Shown here: piece after piece, positions 62,161 to 64,000 of the stretch
Position numbering within the stretch: the stretch's first letter is position 1
How the letters are laid out: every line of letters starts with the position of its first letter
Virus record (IMG/VR): IMGVR_UViG_3300044259_000094
Span: 31,734 to 95,733 of that record
DNA length: 64,000 nucleotides
DNA from: a virus
Strand: one strand, 5' to 3'
The notes under the pieces: model-generated
The model's database searches: none
Told to the model about the DNA's origin: nothing
What the model saw: only the letters and a program-made list of their open reading frames with translations
Made by a program: the position numbers and the translations under genes

Positions 62161-62471
62161 ACTAGCCCCGCTTGTTCTGCCTCCACCTCGCTCTTGAGCT
62201 TGTCGAAGGCGTTAAACACGGTAATCGTCCTTGCGCTTGTCCAGATTTCTGCTGCTACGCCTTGAATCAGTTGAGCCGCCTCAGCGTGATCGATACCCAG
62301 AGCAGTCTCCATTTCTGCCACAGACATCACAACACCCGGGCCGCCAGTAAACCACTTCTCGATCTTCCGGAGCATGTGCATACGGTTCTCATAAGCCGCT
62401 TTCTCCATCAGTGCGCCGATGTCAGCTTTCTGTGGTTCGTCTTTCGCACCCCAGATATCACCCAGGCTCAT
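62157..62471 (-). CDS. hypothetical protein with N-terminal LxDIWG motif
   Basis: MSLGDIWGAKDEP; AGGAG RBS. Confidence 0.7.
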   Translation of the reverse strand: MSLGDIWGAKDEPQKADIGALMEKAAYENRMHMLRKIEKWFTGGPGVVMSVAEMETALGIDHAEAAQLIQGVAAEIWTSARTITVFNAFDKLKSEVEAEQAGLV

Positions 62472-62824
62472 ATCTCCTGCCCCTTACGAATCATGACGAT
62501 CTGGTCTTCGATGTAACTGCCAACCAAGACCTTGTACAGATGCCGGAGTTTGAAGTTCTGCATCGGACGAAGACCGCTATCGAACCATTTGTAGTCCAGA
62601 CCGCAGACGGCTCGATACGCACCAAGCGCCATGCGCAGGTGACATCGCATGACTATGCTGTCGAACTCGTCGTTGGTCATATCGTTGATAGCCACGATAC
62701 GATGGTGCAGCCAATCAACAATGTCCCGCGTGGGTATAGCCTTCAACTGCGCTTCGGTGAGATGGCAGACACCCAAAGGCTCCTCTTCACTCTTAACGCC
62801 CCAGATATCACTCAAGCTGGTCAT
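62468..62824 (-). CDS. hypothetical protein with N-terminal LxDIWG motif
   Basis: MTSLSDIWGVKSEEEP. Confidence 0.7.
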   Translation of the reverse strand: MTSLSDIWGVKSEEEPLGVCHLTEAQLKAIPTRDIVDWLHHRIVAINDMTNDEFDSIVMRCHLRMALGAYRAVCGLDYKWFDSGLRPMQNFKLRHLYKVLVGSYIEDQIVMIRKGQEI

Positions 62825-63145
62825 CTACCACCCCGTCTTGCTCGCAATCAGGTTCTCTGCGAACACCTTAAAACCATCGTTGTAGCGCAACTCCCAAGCT
62901 CGCACACGCGAGTTAGCCTCCATGACCGTCATACGATGCACCGCACGGTCATCAGTGCTCATTAAGGCATCATAGCCCTGTATGGTCAGACCCAGCTGCT
63001 TCATCAGGTCTTGGGGTTCAGCACCACGCTCTAACTGCAAATGCACCCAATACCTAACTTCTGCCCACTGGTTCAGACGATACTCTTCCAGCTTGGCCTC
63101 GCGTTCTTGCGACTCCCGGAGTTCTTGCTTCGTTGGACGTCTCAC
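62825..63145 (-). CDS. hypothetical protein
   Basis: GTG start with GGAG RBS; abuts the next gene. Confidence 0.65.
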   Translation of the reverse strand: MRRPTKQELRESQEREAKLEEYRLNQWAEVRYWVHLQLERGAEPQDLMKQLGLTIQGYDALMSTDDRAVHRMTVMEANSRVRAWELRYNDGFKVFAENLIASKTGW

Positions 63146-63239
63146 GAAATCACTCTCCCATCCTGTTATTAGCTCTTGTTTAGCTTGTCTTGCTGTTTAT
63201 CTATTAAACGCTTGCACAGCAGGCAAATCTACGGCAAAC

Positions 63240-63268
63240 AAAAAAGCCCAGCTGGTTAGGCTGGGCTT
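63240..63268 (-). terminator. intrinsic terminator
   Basis: AAGCCCAGC-CTAACCA-GCTGGGC-TTTTTT. Confidence 0.8.
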
Positions 63269-63316
63269 GTTTTATGGTCAACAGTAAGGGACTTGTCGCT
63301 CACCGGGTCAGACGAT

Positions 63317-63592
63317 TCACCCTTTCCATCCTACCTCCTTTGCACGGGCAAGAATCCAAGCAGGAACAGCCTGCTTGGGCTTGGTTCGATCACCATTGAT
63401 GATGGCGTCTATGATGTTACGGTTGACGTTGTAGAACCTGGCGATATTGCCTACACCGTTACCACGACCCCAGGCTTGGTAGATCGAGTGAGCGAGGTAA
63501 GACCAAGCAGCGTCGGTACGCTCCTTGAGGTCTGGTTCAGGAGGCTCGTCAGTAGCTCCCCAGATATCACTGAGATTCTGGTCAGATTGCAT
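63317..63592 (-). CDS. hypothetical protein with N-terminal LxDIWG motif, possible HTH
   Basis: MQSDQNLSDIWGATDEPP; VGNIARFYNVNRNIIDAIING. Confidence 0.7.
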   Translation of the reverse strand: MQSDQNLSDIWGATDEPPEPDLKERTDAAWSYLAHSIYQAWGRGNGVGNIARFYNVNRNIIDAIINGDRTKPKQAVPAWILARAKEVGWKG

Positions 63593-63965
63593 TGGTGAAT
63601 TTCTCCGCTTCCTCCACCATGTCGTAGATACGCACGGCTTTCTTGTAGGCAGACATCGACAGGCTTTTCAGCTCAAGGGTCTGGTTGACATTGATCCCTT
63701 GCTTGGTGATTTCAGCTTCCATAAGACGATAGGCGATCTGCTTGATCTGGGCTAAGCGAGCGAGGCGTTTAGCCTTGTTTCTCTCTTCCTCGACACGCTG
63801 ACCGATCTGGATAAACACCTTATCGTCCGGGTCGTTTGGGTCTAACCCATCGGGAGTAAGGCGCGCGGAGCGCGTAGCCTCCGCCTGGGCTTTCTTGATG
63901 GTTTTAAGAGCACGGCGCTCTAAGCGGTAGCTGGACAGAAAGGCTAAGAGCTTAGGTGTTTTCAT
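63582..63965 (-). CDS. hypothetical protein
   Basis: 127-aa ATG ORF with AGGA RBS. Confidence 0.7.
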   Translation of the reverse strand: MKTPKLLAFLSSYRLERRALKTIKKAQAEATRSARLTPDGLDPNDPDDKVFIQIGQRVEEERNKAKRLARLAQIKQIAYRLMEAEITKQGINVNQTLELKSLSMSAYKKAVRIYDMVEEAEKFTNAI

Positions 63966-64000
63966 GGCTATGATCCTGCGGGTTATGTGGCTATGTGGTT

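Overview
64 kb of a large siphovirus-type phage or phage-plasmid genome, roughly 55-58% GC by eye. The gene set resembles SSU5/pHCM2-group elements and Pseudomonas phage nickie; this placement is inferred from gene content only. Almost all genes lie on the minus strand. In order: (1) a replication block, 1-18.6 kb, with a UvsY-like protein, DnaE fused to a degenerate UDG domain, a CobS/CobT-like AAA+/vWA pair, ligase, primase, DnaB and PhoH; (2) a holin / SAR endolysin / spanin cassette; (3) a complete lambda-like head and tail module with a 4012-aa tip protein and a G GGA AAG -1 frameshift; (4) a ParB-ParB-ABC ATPase-GNAT module beside the terminase; (5) an SF2 helicase; (6) a five-gene tRNA array; (7) small accessory genes. 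The most striking signal is RNA-level and invisible in the ORF track. At 55.8-59.0 kb there is a tRNA-Tyr that folds best as 9/3 (or 8/4), a circularly permuted tRNA-like RNA closed by a 25-bp duplex, an anticodon-less RNA with alanine identity resembling an isolated tmRNA tRNA-like domain, an aberrant His-like tRNA, and two ~200-240 nt densely base-paired RNAs. Most of these appear co-transcribed with SLOG and TerB-like genes. All RNA folds were derived by hand and protein calls come from motif recognition; no searches were run.
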